A stretch of 64,000 nucleotides of DNA from Bacteroidales bacterium (GCA_003559735.1 PWKN01000260.1:6235-70234), one strand, 5' to 3'. Positions 48,410 to 57,725 are shown, numbered from the stretch's first letter. Translations and numbers: made by a program. The notes: generated from the letters alone by a model not told the origin.

Positions 48410-50041
48410 TTAATCATAGGGAGGATAAGACAATATCACCCGCCACTGTCTGCCGTGCATCTGAATTGTATCCCAAATGGCCATTTTTACCATTCTCTCT
48501 CCGGTATCAGGATCTATAAAGATATAATCGCCTTGTCCTGATTCACTTTCAGCTATCTGATCACCCAATTCAAGCAATGTGCGGTTATCCTCGTACAGGT
48601 AGTCCAGGAACAGCATTTGACCGGTACCGTCAAACGCTTTATCAAATATTATCCTCCCTTCGGGTTCGATAATCCACGGATCATAAAATGTTTCCGCGAT
48701 ATACGGTGTGACCAGTTCTTCAACCATTATCTCGGGCCTGATCAGCAGGTTCACGTAACCACATATGTTCCCTTTTTTGTCATGGACCGGATGTTGCAGG
48801 CTGACCGCATCAAAACCTTCGACAGCTAGAAAAGAGCTGCTCAGCATGGGCGCCTGAACTTTTTGCATGCTAAGGTAGTTTTCATGGTCGCGAATATTTT
48901 GTCCCTCTGAGGGATAAAAATCTGATGGTTCAATATACACGATCTTGCCATCCGGATCGACCAGTGCACAAGAAATCACATAAGGATTGCCCTGGTAAAG
49001 TTTGCGGAAGGCATTTCTGGCGACATGTTCTGGCGGGAATGCTGCACCAAATCCGGTGACGGTATTGTACAGGTTTTTATCCATCCGGATCAATTGTTCA
49101 CTTATGGAATTGCTGATTTTTTGAAGGATATCTTTTGCTTCGGGCAAATAAGTATCATCCACTTTTTCACCAATTTTTCCGAATACCACCCGCCAGTCAT
49201 TAAAATCAAGCTTCCTGAACAGTATGTGCGTTTGTCTTCCTGCAAACACATAAGATGTATACCCTTCCTTTTTTTGGGTAATTGTTTCCAGTGCCAGTTG
49301 CATCGACGGACTCCCTTGTTGCAGGGGATTCATAAAGACAAAGTCTTTTCTTGGGTGCAGGACGGTATAGGCTTCTTCATCAATAACATACCAGAGGTAA
49401 TCGGACGAAAGGTTGAGCGATTGGCTGATCAGTTGCTGGAAATCATCCAGGAATATTGACAATGCCACGGCACCGGTAACTTCGTCCTCTTCGAACACCG
49501 GTACAGCCATCAGCACAGATTGTTTGCCGGCCGACCGACTGTAGATCAGGGATCCGTGAATCTCTTCTCCGTTGAAGAGTGGCTCAAAATATTCCCTGTC
49601 AGATACATTCAGTCCGGTATAGTCGTGTTGCACGCTGTAGTAGTTGCCATCCGGTTCAATATACAGCGCGGCACCTGGTATGGCGTTGCAAAGGGTATGC
49701 AGACCCGGTCTTATTTCGGGCCATATGCCGCTGCGTGTTGCAGGCGATATGGCGATCAGGCGTAAGGATGTCAGCGCGTGCTGCATGTATGTTTCAATAA
49801 GACTGGCGGTTACTCCCAGTGCATGGCGCGCGTCCATATCATAATACAATCCGGCTTTATCTGCTGGTGCATTGGCTACCTGTATTTCTGTCGTTACAGC
49901 GGTTTGTGAACCATCATTGCCCGACTGCAAGGTCGCCGGATGGGTGGCAGTGAGCAGCAGCAGAAAGCCAAGGATTGCGGAAGACAGGATTGTGTTGGTT
50001 TGCGGGTTGCGGTTGGTGTGTTCCTTAAGATGCGTGTTCAT
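48410..50041 (-). CDS. Membrane-anchored extracytoplasmic tandem Cache-domain protein without any transmitter/output domain
   Basis: About 17 polar N-terminal residues followed by ILSSAILGFLLLLTA. Two Cache-like signatures: SDREYFEPLFNGEEIHGSLIYSRSAGKQSVLMAVPVF and IRDHENYLSMQKVQAPMLSSSFLAVEGFDAVSLQHPV. The protein ends ...RVILSYPPYD with no further TM, kinase, GGDEF or MCP segment. Confidence 0.65.
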   Translation of the reverse strand: MNTHLKEHTNRNPQTNTILSSAILGFLLLLTATHPATLQSGNDGSQTAVTTEIQVANAPADKAGLYYDMDARHALGVTASLIETYMQHALTSLRLIAISPATRSGIWPEIRPGLHTLCNAIPGAALYIEPDGNYYSVQHDYTGLNVSDREYFEPLFNGEEIHGSLIYSRSAGKQSVLMAVPVFEEDEVTGAVALSIFLDDFQQLISQSLNLSSDYLWYVIDEEAYTVLHPRKDFVFMNPLQQGSPSMQLALETITQKKEGYTSYVFAGRQTHILFRKLDFNDWRVVFGKIGEKVDDTYLPEAKDILQKISNSISEQLIRMDKNLYNTVTGFGAAFPPEHVARNAFRKLYQGNPYVISCALVDPDGKIVYIEPSDFYPSEGQNIRDHENYLSMQKVQAPMLSSSFLAVEGFDAVSLQHPVHDKKGNICGYVNLLIRPEIMVEELVTPYIAETFYDPWIIEPEGRIIFDKAFDGTGQMLFLDYLYEDNRTLLELGDQIAESESGQGDYIFIDPDTGERMVKMAIWDTIQMHGRQWRVILSYPPYD

Positions 50042-50133
50042 ATCTTATCCCTCCTTTGTTTTAATGTATAAAGCAGGCAGGGAAAACAATCCGGTACCAT
50101 TCTTTGGCAAAATGGATGATGCCGGGATTTTCC

Positions 50134-50163
50134 AATTGCAATATATTGATTTATTTGCAATTT
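50134..50163. promoter_or_regulatory. Direct repeat AATTGCAATAT / ATTTGCAATTT (19-bp period) upstream of the Cache gene; candidate LytTR operator
   Basis: The TTGCAAT cores sit at 50136-50142 and 50155-50161, 95-120 nt upstream of the Cache start at 50041, inside the 177-bp gap after the second LytTR gene. Confidence 0.3.
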
Positions 50164-50218
50164 TACAAGAAGAGGAGGGGAAAATCGGGAAAAAGGGGGA
50201 CAATCCCTAACCCGGACA

Positions 50219-50539
50219 TTAATTGACCGTACCCAGAAGTTGCAGCAATTCCCTTTTGCGTCTGCGTGCCACGGGCAATTCATGTCCGCGCATCCGGATG
50301 AGCAGCTTGTTGTTTTTTATTTCCATTTCCTTTACCCGGCGCAGGTTCACCAAAAATGACCGGTGAATGCGGAAGAATGACTGTCCGGCAAGCAACTCCT
50401 CTACAGCACCGAGTGGCATGTCGACGAGTTCATTTGAACCATTTTTCAACACCATGATCGTGTAGCCTTCGAAGAGGAAAATGTAGTCAATGACATGTTT
50501 GCCGGCAAAATCTCTGACAAGTGTGTCCTGGTTTACCAT
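50219..50539 (-). CDS. Stand-alone LytTR DNA-binding domain protein (106 aa)
   Basis: FFRIHRSFLVNLRRVKEME...LPVARRRKRELLQLL is the LytTR core. No receiver domain or TM segment. Confidence 0.75.
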   Translation of the reverse strand: MVNQDTLVRDFAGKHVIDYIFLFEGYTIMVLKNGSNELVDMPLGAVEELLAGQSFFRIHRSFLVNLRRVKEMEIKNNKLLIRMRGHELPVARRRKRELLQLLGTVN

Positions 50540-50583
50540 GATACAGAATGATTTATGTGAATAAACTGTGCATTGTTGTTCCG

Positions 50584-50940
50584 TTACCGTGTTGAATTAT
50601 AAAAGGATACAAAAGCTCTTCTTTTTCTTCGTGAAACAGGAATCGTGAGTCCGCCGACAAACCTGATCACGGACTCCTCCCTGCTGAACCGGTCAATAAA
50701 TGATGAATTGATGATGTAATTCCTGTGGGGCTGAAAAAACTGGTATTCCGGCATTTTATCGAGCAGGTCACATAATGGCATCCGGAGTTGTTTCAACAGT
50801 TTCTCACCTGCATAGACACCCGTTATCCCTTTTTTGTGATGGATATGTGTGATGCTTTGGAATGGTACCAGTACGATCCGTTTTTTTTCGCGGACCCATA
50901 AGCCAGTGTTGGGTATGGCCGTCGGACATTGTGTTGTCAT
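50584..50940 (-). CDS. Stand-alone LytTR DNA-binding domain protein (118 aa)
   Basis: FFQPHRNYIINSSFIDRF...IPVSRRKRRAFVSF is the LytTR core. No receiver domain or TM segment. Confidence 0.75.
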   Translation of the reverse strand: MTTQCPTAIPNTGLWVREKKRIVLVPFQSITHIHHKKGITGVYAGEKLLKQLRMPLCDLLDKMPEYQFFQPHRNYIINSSFIDRFSREESVIRFVGGLTIPVSRRKRRAFVSFYNSTR

Positions 50941-51038
50941 GGTGGTAATTTTGATTTTTATGTCGTAAAATTATATAGATATAACATAAAAAACAAAATA
51001 AAAACCAAGTTTTTTATAAAAACGGAAGAGAAATTAGT

Positions 51039-52577
51039 TTAAGTGGTAGTTTCGTATGAATCGGCAAATGATTTCCATTGAGCAAACTCTTTTTGTTTCA
51101 TTACCCTGGGCACCTTCACCTGTCCGCCTTTCGACAGGTTTTTCTCCATCCATGCATGGAATGTAGCCGGATTTGTGATGGTCACCCTGATATCTTTAAG
51201 CGCTTTGCTTCGTGCCATTCGATAGGCCTTATTCATTTCTTTCAGGCACTGGTCGAGTGCTTGTTCCAGGTCCAGTGTGTTTGCTTTACCTTCTGCACCC
51301 AGGTACCAATGGTGAATATAGTTGTCTCCCTCCCTGACGGCTGCCACGGTAAATTCTGGAATTCGCAGTGAAAACCTTTCCTCAAGCTCTTTCATTGCCT
51401 GGTTCATCTGGATGACAGACAGCTGGGATCCAACCACATTCAAAAAATGTTTTGTCCGCCCTGTAATGACTATTTCAGCAAGTTCCTTGTTGGTGAACCT
51501 GATGGTGTCGCCGATCATATACCTCCAGGCACCTGCCACGGTAGAGATGATCAGCACGTAATCCTTGTCGTTCTCTACCTCTGCAAGTGTCAGTGAAGGA
51601 GCATTACTGGTCACCCTGCCATTTTCATCGATGTTCTCTTCGGTAAACGGAACAAACTCAAAATATAGCCCGCTATTGGTCGACAGTGTCATGGCCATTT
51701 GCTCATTTGGTCTGGACTGATAAGCGATGAAGCCTTCTGAAGCGAGGTATGTATCGATAATGGTGATGGGATGACCCAGCAGTTTTTCGAAAGACTTCCG
51801 GTATGGTTCGAATGAGACACCCCCCGAGGCAAACACTCTTAAACCGGGCCATATTTCGTGAATATGGCTGACTTTATTGTATTCAATGACCTTTTTCAGC
51901 ATCAGCTCATTCCACGAAGGGATGCCAGCCATGGATCCGATGTCCCATTTTTTTGCTTTTTTCGCAATGGCGTTTACCCTTTTGTCCCAATCGGTGATGG
52001 ATGCGATTTTTTTTCCCGGTCTGTAAAACCGTTCAAACCACGACGGAATGTTCCTGGCTGCGATGCCACTTATTTCTCCCTCGTAATGCTTGCGCGATTT
52101 TTTCAGCCTGGTACTGCTGCCCAGCATCATGATCTCCTTTTCAAAAAATTCGGCCGGGAAATCAAAATTGGCGGTTGACAGTATTTGAAAAAGGCTGGTT
52201 TTCCGTATGGCTTCCAGCATGTCTTCGGTGACAGGTATCCGTTTGCTTTCTTTCCCGGTGGTTCCGGCACTCAGCGCATAGTACGATGTCCTGCCCGGCC
52301 AGCTGATATCCGGCAGGTCTTTCTCAAGCTGTTTTTTCCACCATCCAGAATACATTGCATCGTAGTCGTGATAGGGCACATGCCGGGCATAAGCCTTCTC
52401 CATGTCAGGCGCTTCCAGTATTTGCCCAAAGCGATGATGCTTCCCAAATTCGGTGTGCTCTGCCTTTTCCAGCAAATGACGCAAAATATCCTGCTGGGCT
52501 TCAACATGGGAAGGCCCGGGAATTACCCTGTCGGTTATTTCCAGTGCGGCTTTGATAATGTTTCCCAATACAACCAT
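51039..52577 (-). CDS. GH3 (auxin-responsive promoter) family adenylating enzyme
   Basis: QQDILRHLLEKAEHTEFGKHHRF...VPYHDYDAM...YYALSAGTTGKESKRIPVT matches the bacterial GH3-family N-terminal pattern. About 510 aa. Confidence 0.75.
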   Translation of the reverse strand: MVVLGNIIKAALEITDRVIPGPSHVEAQQDILRHLLEKAEHTEFGKHHRFGQILEAPDMEKAYARHVPYHDYDAMYSGWWKKQLEKDLPDISWPGRTSYYALSAGTTGKESKRIPVTEDMLEAIRKTSLFQILSTANFDFPAEFFEKEIMMLGSSTRLKKSRKHYEGEISGIAARNIPSWFERFYRPGKKIASITDWDKRVNAIAKKAKKWDIGSMAGIPSWNELMLKKVIEYNKVSHIHEIWPGLRVFASGGVSFEPYRKSFEKLLGHPITIIDTYLASEGFIAYQSRPNEQMAMTLSTNSGLYFEFVPFTEENIDENGRVTSNAPSLTLAEVENDKDYVLIISTVAGAWRYMIGDTIRFTNKELAEIVITGRTKHFLNVVGSQLSVIQMNQAMKELEERFSLRIPEFTVAAVREGDNYIHHWYLGAEGKANTLDLEQALDQCLKEMNKAYRMARSKALKDIRVTITNPATFHAWMEKNLSKGGQVKVPRVMKQKEFAQWKSFADSYETTT

Positions 52578-52639
52578 ATATTCTTATGTTAAAAAATGAT
52601 CACTGTTTTGCTCTAATCTGCATTAATCATGCTTATCAT

Positions 52640-53680
52640 TCAGGTCAGATGCGAGGCGTCGAAAGCCGTTGACAACAGTCCGCAAGCCGCCTGTATATCT
52701 TCTCCGCGCGACCGTCGTATCGTGGTGATCAGACCTTTACCCTCCAGTTCTTCTTTGAATGTCAATATGTTTTCATTGGATGGCGGACGAAGGTTGCTGC
52801 CGGGAACAGGGTGAAACCGTATGAGGTTGATGCGGCAGCGAATGCCCTGGAGCAGGCGTGCCAGTGCCTTTACGTGTTTATGACTGTGGTTCAGCTCATT
52901 AAAGACAATATATTCGAACGATATCCGTCGTTGTTTGTCCACCGGATGACTGCGAATGGCATCAATAATCTGTTTAAGGGGGTGGATCTTTTGGGCCGGA
53001 ACAAGTTGTTTTCTTTCTTCTTCAAACGGTGAGTGGAGGCTGATGGCCAGGTGGCAGTTGCTTTTTTCAAGGAATGTCTGCATTGCCGGCAGCAATCCAA
53101 TCGTAGAGACGGTAATGCGGCGCGGACTCATACCCAGGCCATAGCTGGCAGTGAGTATAGTAAGGGTTTTCAGCAGGGATCCGAGATTATCCAGGGGTTC
53201 TCCCATGCCCATGAAGACGATGTTGGTCAGCTGCTGGCTTTCGGGAACACTGCACACCTGGTTGAGCATTTCGCCGGCGCTGAGCTGACCCTGAAAGCCC
53301 TGTCGTGCGGTCATGCAGAAAGTACACCCCATCTTGCATCCCACCTGGGATGAAACACAGAGGGTATGTCGTTTTTGATCAGGTATATAGGCAGTTTCAA
53401 TAAATCCGCCCTTTAGGGTCCTGAACAGGTATTTCCTGGTGCCGTCTGACGAAATTCGGGTTTCTACCGGCGACCCCCAGCCCGTTGTATATGATCGCTC
53501 CAGCTCCTGCCGGAAGGTTTTTGGAAGGTTTGTCATCTCTTCGATACTGTCCACCCTCTGTGTATACAACCATCCGGCTATCTGTTCCGCAGTATATTTT
53601 GGCCGGCCGTACTGGTCGACAATTTCCTGAAGTTCTTCCAGCGTCTTTCCGGCAAGTGGTATTTTGTCATTTGTCTGCAT
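52640..53680 (-). CDS. rlmN: 23S rRNA/tRNA (adenine-C2)-methyltransferase RlmN (radical SAM)
   Basis: CVSSQVGCKMGCTFCMT (CxxxCxxC), MGMGEPLDN, and the C-terminal GEDIQAACGLL. Confidence 0.9.
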   Translation of the reverse strand: MQTNDKIPLAGKTLEELQEIVDQYGRPKYTAEQIAGWLYTQRVDSIEEMTNLPKTFRQELERSYTTGWGSPVETRISSDGTRKYLFRTLKGGFIETAYIPDQKRHTLCVSSQVGCKMGCTFCMTARQGFQGQLSAGEMLNQVCSVPESQQLTNIVFMGMGEPLDNLGSLLKTLTILTASYGLGMSPRRITVSTIGLLPAMQTFLEKSNCHLAISLHSPFEEERKQLVPAQKIHPLKQIIDAIRSHPVDKQRRISFEYIVFNELNHSHKHVKALARLLQGIRCRINLIRFHPVPGSNLRPPSNENILTFKEELEGKGLITTIRRSRGEDIQAACGLLSTAFDASHLT

Positions 53681-53902
53681 AGAATGTAATTCAGGGCTTT
53701 TTGTTTGTACATAATGCTGGCTATGCTAAAATATGGTTTTTCCGGTCAGCATTGGATTGTTTTTTAACATGGAACCATTGGCCACATGACTACCTGGTGC
53801 TTTCATCATACAAAGGTAATCAATTTGTTACGAACCCATTGTTGCTGGCATTCAGAAAAGGTTTCCCTCTGTTTGTCCGCCAAAGAAAGTCTTGTTTTTT
53901 TG

Positions 53903-53910
53903 TACCTTTG
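53903..53910 (+). promoter_or_regulatory. -7 promoter motif (TACCTTTG)
   Basis: TAnnTTTG match 41 nt upstream of the ATG at 53951. This supports the shorter start. Confidence 0.35.
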
Positions 53911-53950
53911 TTTTTTCCGATACTGGTTTTGTCAAACAAATCGCATTGCC

Positions 53951-54850
53951 ATGACGTTTTTCGTAAGATCTTTTCTAATGGTATGTTGTGTTGTTATTTT
54001 CATCCCGTTCCGTGCTTTGGCAATTTATGGGGATGGATATGGTGTCCAGCTAAGCTGCAATGCCTCCGACAACAGCACCAGGGGTCACCTGAGGGCCTCG
54101 TATATAGCTGACCTTCCCGATAAACTTGTTTATTTCAGGATTGACCAGGGTTTCTCTTACGGGCGCATGTTGGATCAGCGCATGTCGAACTTGCACTATG
54201 CTGGTCCGGGCGGAGTACTTTCATTTGCCCGTCATGTGCGGACCGGTAATTATATTTCTGAGATCCGGTTTGCACAGGTGGCCTTTCATTTTGCGCAACC
54301 TGTGCATGAAGGGACCATGGTATACAACCCTGTCTTGGGTGCTGGTTATACGCGGTTACAGGCATTACGAACCCGCTCGGCTGTTGATCTTTACGTGGGG
54401 GGTCAGGCTGAACTGTACGGCAACACGCGCATTGCTGCCTCTATGAGTAACTCATTTTTGTTCTCTGACCTTTCTGGTCAGCTAAAGGCCAGTGGTCAGG
54501 CTTCATATGGATTGTATTTGTTTGACCGGCTCTGGCAGTTTGAATTTACCTTTGCTGCTGCGTTGGCTGGTTATGGGATCAGGTTGCCTGAATACGGCGT
54601 AAATTACCATCTGGCAGAACATGGTGGTACATACATGCTGAACAGTGAAAACCTGGTGCTTCACCCCGGCAATTACGCCCACTTCTGCACCGGGATTTAT
54701 TACAAAGGGTCGCTCGGCCGCCAGCACAATCCCAACCGTTTCCGGATTGGTTATGCGTGGGATTATTACAGAATAAAGGGCAGTCACGATCTGAACGTTT
54801 ATCATGCCAGTCACCAGCTGGTACTGGCCTTTTATTTTTTAATGAACTGA
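53951..54850 (+). CDS. Hypothetical outer-membrane beta-barrel-like protein
   Basis: The signal peptide MTFFVRSFLMVCCVVIFIPFRALA begins at 53951. Beta-strand-rich, Gly/Tyr-rich sequence. No recognised family. Confidence 0.45.
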   Translation: MTFFVRSFLMVCCVVIFIPFRALAIYGDGYGVQLSCNASDNSTRGHLRASYIADLPDKLVYFRIDQGFSYGRMLDQRMSNLHYAGPGGVLSFARHVRTGNYISEIRFAQVAFHFAQPVHEGTMVYNPVLGAGYTRLQALRTRSAVDLYVGGQAELYGNTRIAASMSNSFLFSDLSGQLKASGQASYGLYLFDRLWQFEFTFAAALAGYGIRLPEYGVNYHLAEHGGTYMLNSENLVLHPGNYAHFCTGIYYKGSLGRQHNPNRFRIGYAWDYYRIKGSHDLNVYHASHQLVLAFYFLMN

Positions 54851-54985
54851 ATGGCAAAAAACCAATGCAGCATAAACCAATCCATTGCCTTTTGCCGATC
54901 CTCCGGCTGATGTATGCTGGAGGAGCTGGTTTTTAAGGCTTGGCAAGGTCTGGTTCAGCTGCCTTAGGTATAAAAAATTAAAAAT

Positions 54986-56032
54986 ATGAACAGGATGAAG
55001 AACATGCAATGCCGTTTGCTTTTTTTATTCTTGCTTGCCGGACTGGTGTCATGTGAGAAGGTCTTCATGGAAGATGATGCGAAAAACGATCCGGTGAGTA
55101 TTTTCAATGACATATGGACGTTTGCCGACCGGCATTATTCATTTTTTGAAGAAAAGGGCATTGACTGGGATGCGGTATATGACGATTACAGGCCCAGGGT
55201 TCGTGCAGACATGAATCCGGTTGAACTATTTGACCTGTGTGCAGAGATGCTTTACCTGCTGCGCGACGGACACGTGAACCTGTTGAGTTCCTTTGACCGG
55301 TCGCGCAACTGGCAGTGGTACCTTGATTATCCGGATAACTTTCATTATCCGGTGATTGAGCGGCATTACCTTGGCGGACGGCAGCGTTATGTGGGACCAT
55401 TGCAATTTGCCTACATCGGGAAGGATGATGATGATGAAAGGGACATTGCCTATGTTTATTATGGAAGTTTTGCCAATCCCGTCAGCGAAGGCAATCTTGA
55501 TCTGATCATCAGAAACCTTGACGATGCTGTTGGACTGATCATAGATGTCCGCAACAACGGAGGAGGAAGTCCGACGTACGGCCGGAACATTGCTGCCCGT
55601 TTTGCTGCTGAAAAAGTCTTTGTTGGTACCAATTATGTGAAAACCGGACCCGGTCATGAAGATTTTCGTCCGGAGGGCGTAACCATTACACCCCACAGCG
55701 GATTGACCTATGGGGGCAATGTGGTGGTACTGACCAACAGGAGGAGCTACAGTGCCACAACATACTTTGTACAATACATGAGGGAGCTTGATAATGTGAC
55801 CGTGATTGGTGATGCTACCGGTGGCGGAGCAGGACTTCCGGCTTTCCGTGACCTGGCAAACGGATGGCGCGTACGCGTGTCAAGCACCCGTTTTTATTGT
55901 CCGGCCGGAAACAGCATTGAACCTGGCATCGATCCGGATATTTTTCAGAACATGTTTGTCCCTGGTGAAGACATAACCCTTGAGCACGATGCCATCATCG
56001 ACAGAGCCATTGACCACCTCCGGGCATTATAG
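54986..56032 (+). CDS. S41 family (tail-specific protease-like) peptidase lipoprotein
   Basis: Lipobox LAGLVSC. DVRNNGGGS and NRRSYSATT motifs. Confidence 0.75.
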   Translation: MNRMKNMQCRLLFLFLLAGLVSCEKVFMEDDAKNDPVSIFNDIWTFADRHYSFFEEKGIDWDAVYDDYRPRVRADMNPVELFDLCAEMLYLLRDGHVNLLSSFDRSRNWQWYLDYPDNFHYPVIERHYLGGRQRYVGPLQFAYIGKDDDDERDIAYVYYGSFANPVSEGNLDLIIRNLDDAVGLIIDVRNNGGGSPTYGRNIAARFAAEKVFVGTNYVKTGPGHEDFRPEGVTITPHSGLTYGGNVVVLTNRRSYSATTYFVQYMRELDNVTVIGDATGGGAGLPAFRDLANGWRVRVSSTRFYCPAGNSIEPGIDPDIFQNMFVPGEDITLEHDAIIDRAIDHLRAL

Positions 56033-56121
56033 TTCAGACACATGAATTTATGGAGAGACTCTAAATACAAAAACATTATAATAATCTTCCAGATAATATT
56101 TGCTTGCTTCTAATTTTTTTA

Positions 56122-56129
56122 TATCTTTG
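56122..56129 (+). promoter_or_regulatory. -7 promoter motif (TATCTTTG)
   Basis: TAnnTTTG match about 195 nt upstream of the ATG at 56327, implying a long leader. Confidence 0.3.
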
Positions 56130-56326
56130 CCACAAATTCGCATTGCGAAAGTCTGCGCTTTGCTTCTGGTAGAATGAAGCTTCCTGCGCGCTGCAACATA
56201 TTTTTTTCCTTATGCTGCAGTTAATCTGAACAGGAATATATTTATTAACAGCAAATGAGGTGTGCGGCATATTGCCGTGCCGGTTTGCATTTATTTATTT
56301 ATTTATATAATTAAATAGTTTAAATT

Positions 56327-57568
56327 ATGTTTTTAAAGTATTGTTTGATTTTGTTACTTTTTATTGTTATGGTTATGCCGGGAAGTAAAGTGTTTGCCGG
56401 TGATGATGAAGATTATCTGCATGTAGGGGGTGCAATCCGTTATAATGTGGTAAGTCAGCATTATGAGCACAGTGCATCGGCGACCAGTCATTATGCCACC
56501 TGGGATACCTGGCGCTTAAATGTCTCAGCAATGTACAGCGGTGTTTCACTGGTATTTGAATATCGCTTCTATCCAACGTTCAACACCCATTTCATCAAGG
56601 AAGGTCACCTCGGTTACTCTTTTTCCGACAATTTATCGATGCAGTTGGGGGTGACGCAGGTACCCTTTGGAAACATTACCTATAATTCACACTCATGGTG
56701 GTTTATGAGTGGCTATTATGTTGGTTTGGAAGATGATCATAATATGGGATTGAAGTTTGATTATGATGTAAATGACCGTTTCAACATTATGGCAGCATAT
56801 TTTCGTCAGCAGGATCCCGCCGGTCCGGCCCACAATGTCGCACCTTATGCTGGACCAGGTGCGGGGACCTATTCATATAATGTGATTCCCGATGCCGACG
56901 GAGAACTGTCAGGCAGTCCGGCGCATATCCGTGAGCTGAACCAGCTGAATGTCCGCCTGGGATACATGCTGGCTCCCACCTTTGAGGTAGGTGTTTCCGG
57001 ACAACTGAAGGGGCTGTATAATTCGGTGCTGGATGATGCAGAATATGGACATGCCCTGGCTGTTCACGCCGATGGAACCTTTGGCAACTGGAGTACAAAG
57101 GTTCAGTTCATCAACTATGATTATGCCGCCCGTAATGACGATGGTGTAATGATGGACAGGGTTCAGATGGGTGCTTATGGTGACCCGTATTATGGTGACG
57201 GGGTTGCTGCCAGGGCAAATATTTTGTCAGTGGGTGGCGGCCGGAGCATCGATGTTGACTGGGGTCCCATTTCAAACATCATGCCCTATGTGGATTATGC
57301 CCTTATGACTAAAGATGGATCATTGGAAGTGGATGGTCAGATGTTCGACTTTGAGGATTCACATATGCTGGTACCCGGTTTTCTGATTACTGCAGGAAAC
57401 ATATGGACGTATGTTGATTTTGCATTGGGTAAGAATCACCCGTGGCTTACCGACAACTTTGGTACCGGTATGGGTGCAGGTCAGCTAGATGAGGCAGGAA
57501 GACCGATTCCCGCAGAAGACCTGGACTGGAATCTTCGGTTTAACATCAATATTGGCTATTATTTTTAA
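56327..57568 (+). CDS. Porin-like outer-membrane beta-barrel protein (unassigned family)
   Basis: Signal peptide. Alternating Gly/Tyr-rich strands. C-terminal NINIGYYF with terminal Phe. Directly upstream of the betaine ABC transporter genes. Confidence 0.5.
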   Translation: MFLKYCLILLLFIVMVMPGSKVFAGDDEDYLHVGGAIRYNVVSQHYEHSASATSHYATWDTWRLNVSAMYSGVSLVFEYRFYPTFNTHFIKEGHLGYSFSDNLSMQLGVTQVPFGNITYNSHSWWFMSGYYVGLEDDHNMGLKFDYDVNDRFNIMAAYFRQQDPAGPAHNVAPYAGPGAGTYSYNVIPDADGELSGSPAHIRELNQLNVRLGYMLAPTFEVGVSGQLKGLYNSVLDDAEYGHALAVHADGTFGNWSTKVQFINYDYAARNDDGVMMDRVQMGAYGDPYYGDGVAARANILSVGGGRSIDVDWGPISNIMPYVDYALMTKDGSLEVDGQMFDFEDSHMLVPGFLITAGNIWTYVDFALGKNHPWLTDNFGTGMGAGQLDEAGRPIPAEDLDWNLRFNINIGYYF

Positions 57569-57725
57569 TATGCAAAGGATGGGAAACAATTTACTTCAGC
57601 GATCTTTTGTATTGAGTTAATGCTCTTTTTAACAAATATTTTACAACAGTTGCCTGATCAACAGGCGTAAACAGTATGTCGTTTTGTTTCAGGCCCTTAT
57701 TAAAAAACAAAAACAGGAGGAAGTG

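Noticed and set aside
53701-53950. N-terminal extensions and the alternative ORF (53701-54111; 53786 start) of the barrel protein gene
   Set aside because: A consensus -7 box at 53903-53910 and a typical signal peptide beginning at 53951 favour the shorter start. The upstream part is the divergent promoter region shared with rlmN.
55226-55774. 182-aa minus-strand ORF
   Set aside because: It is antisense to the S41 peptidase gene.
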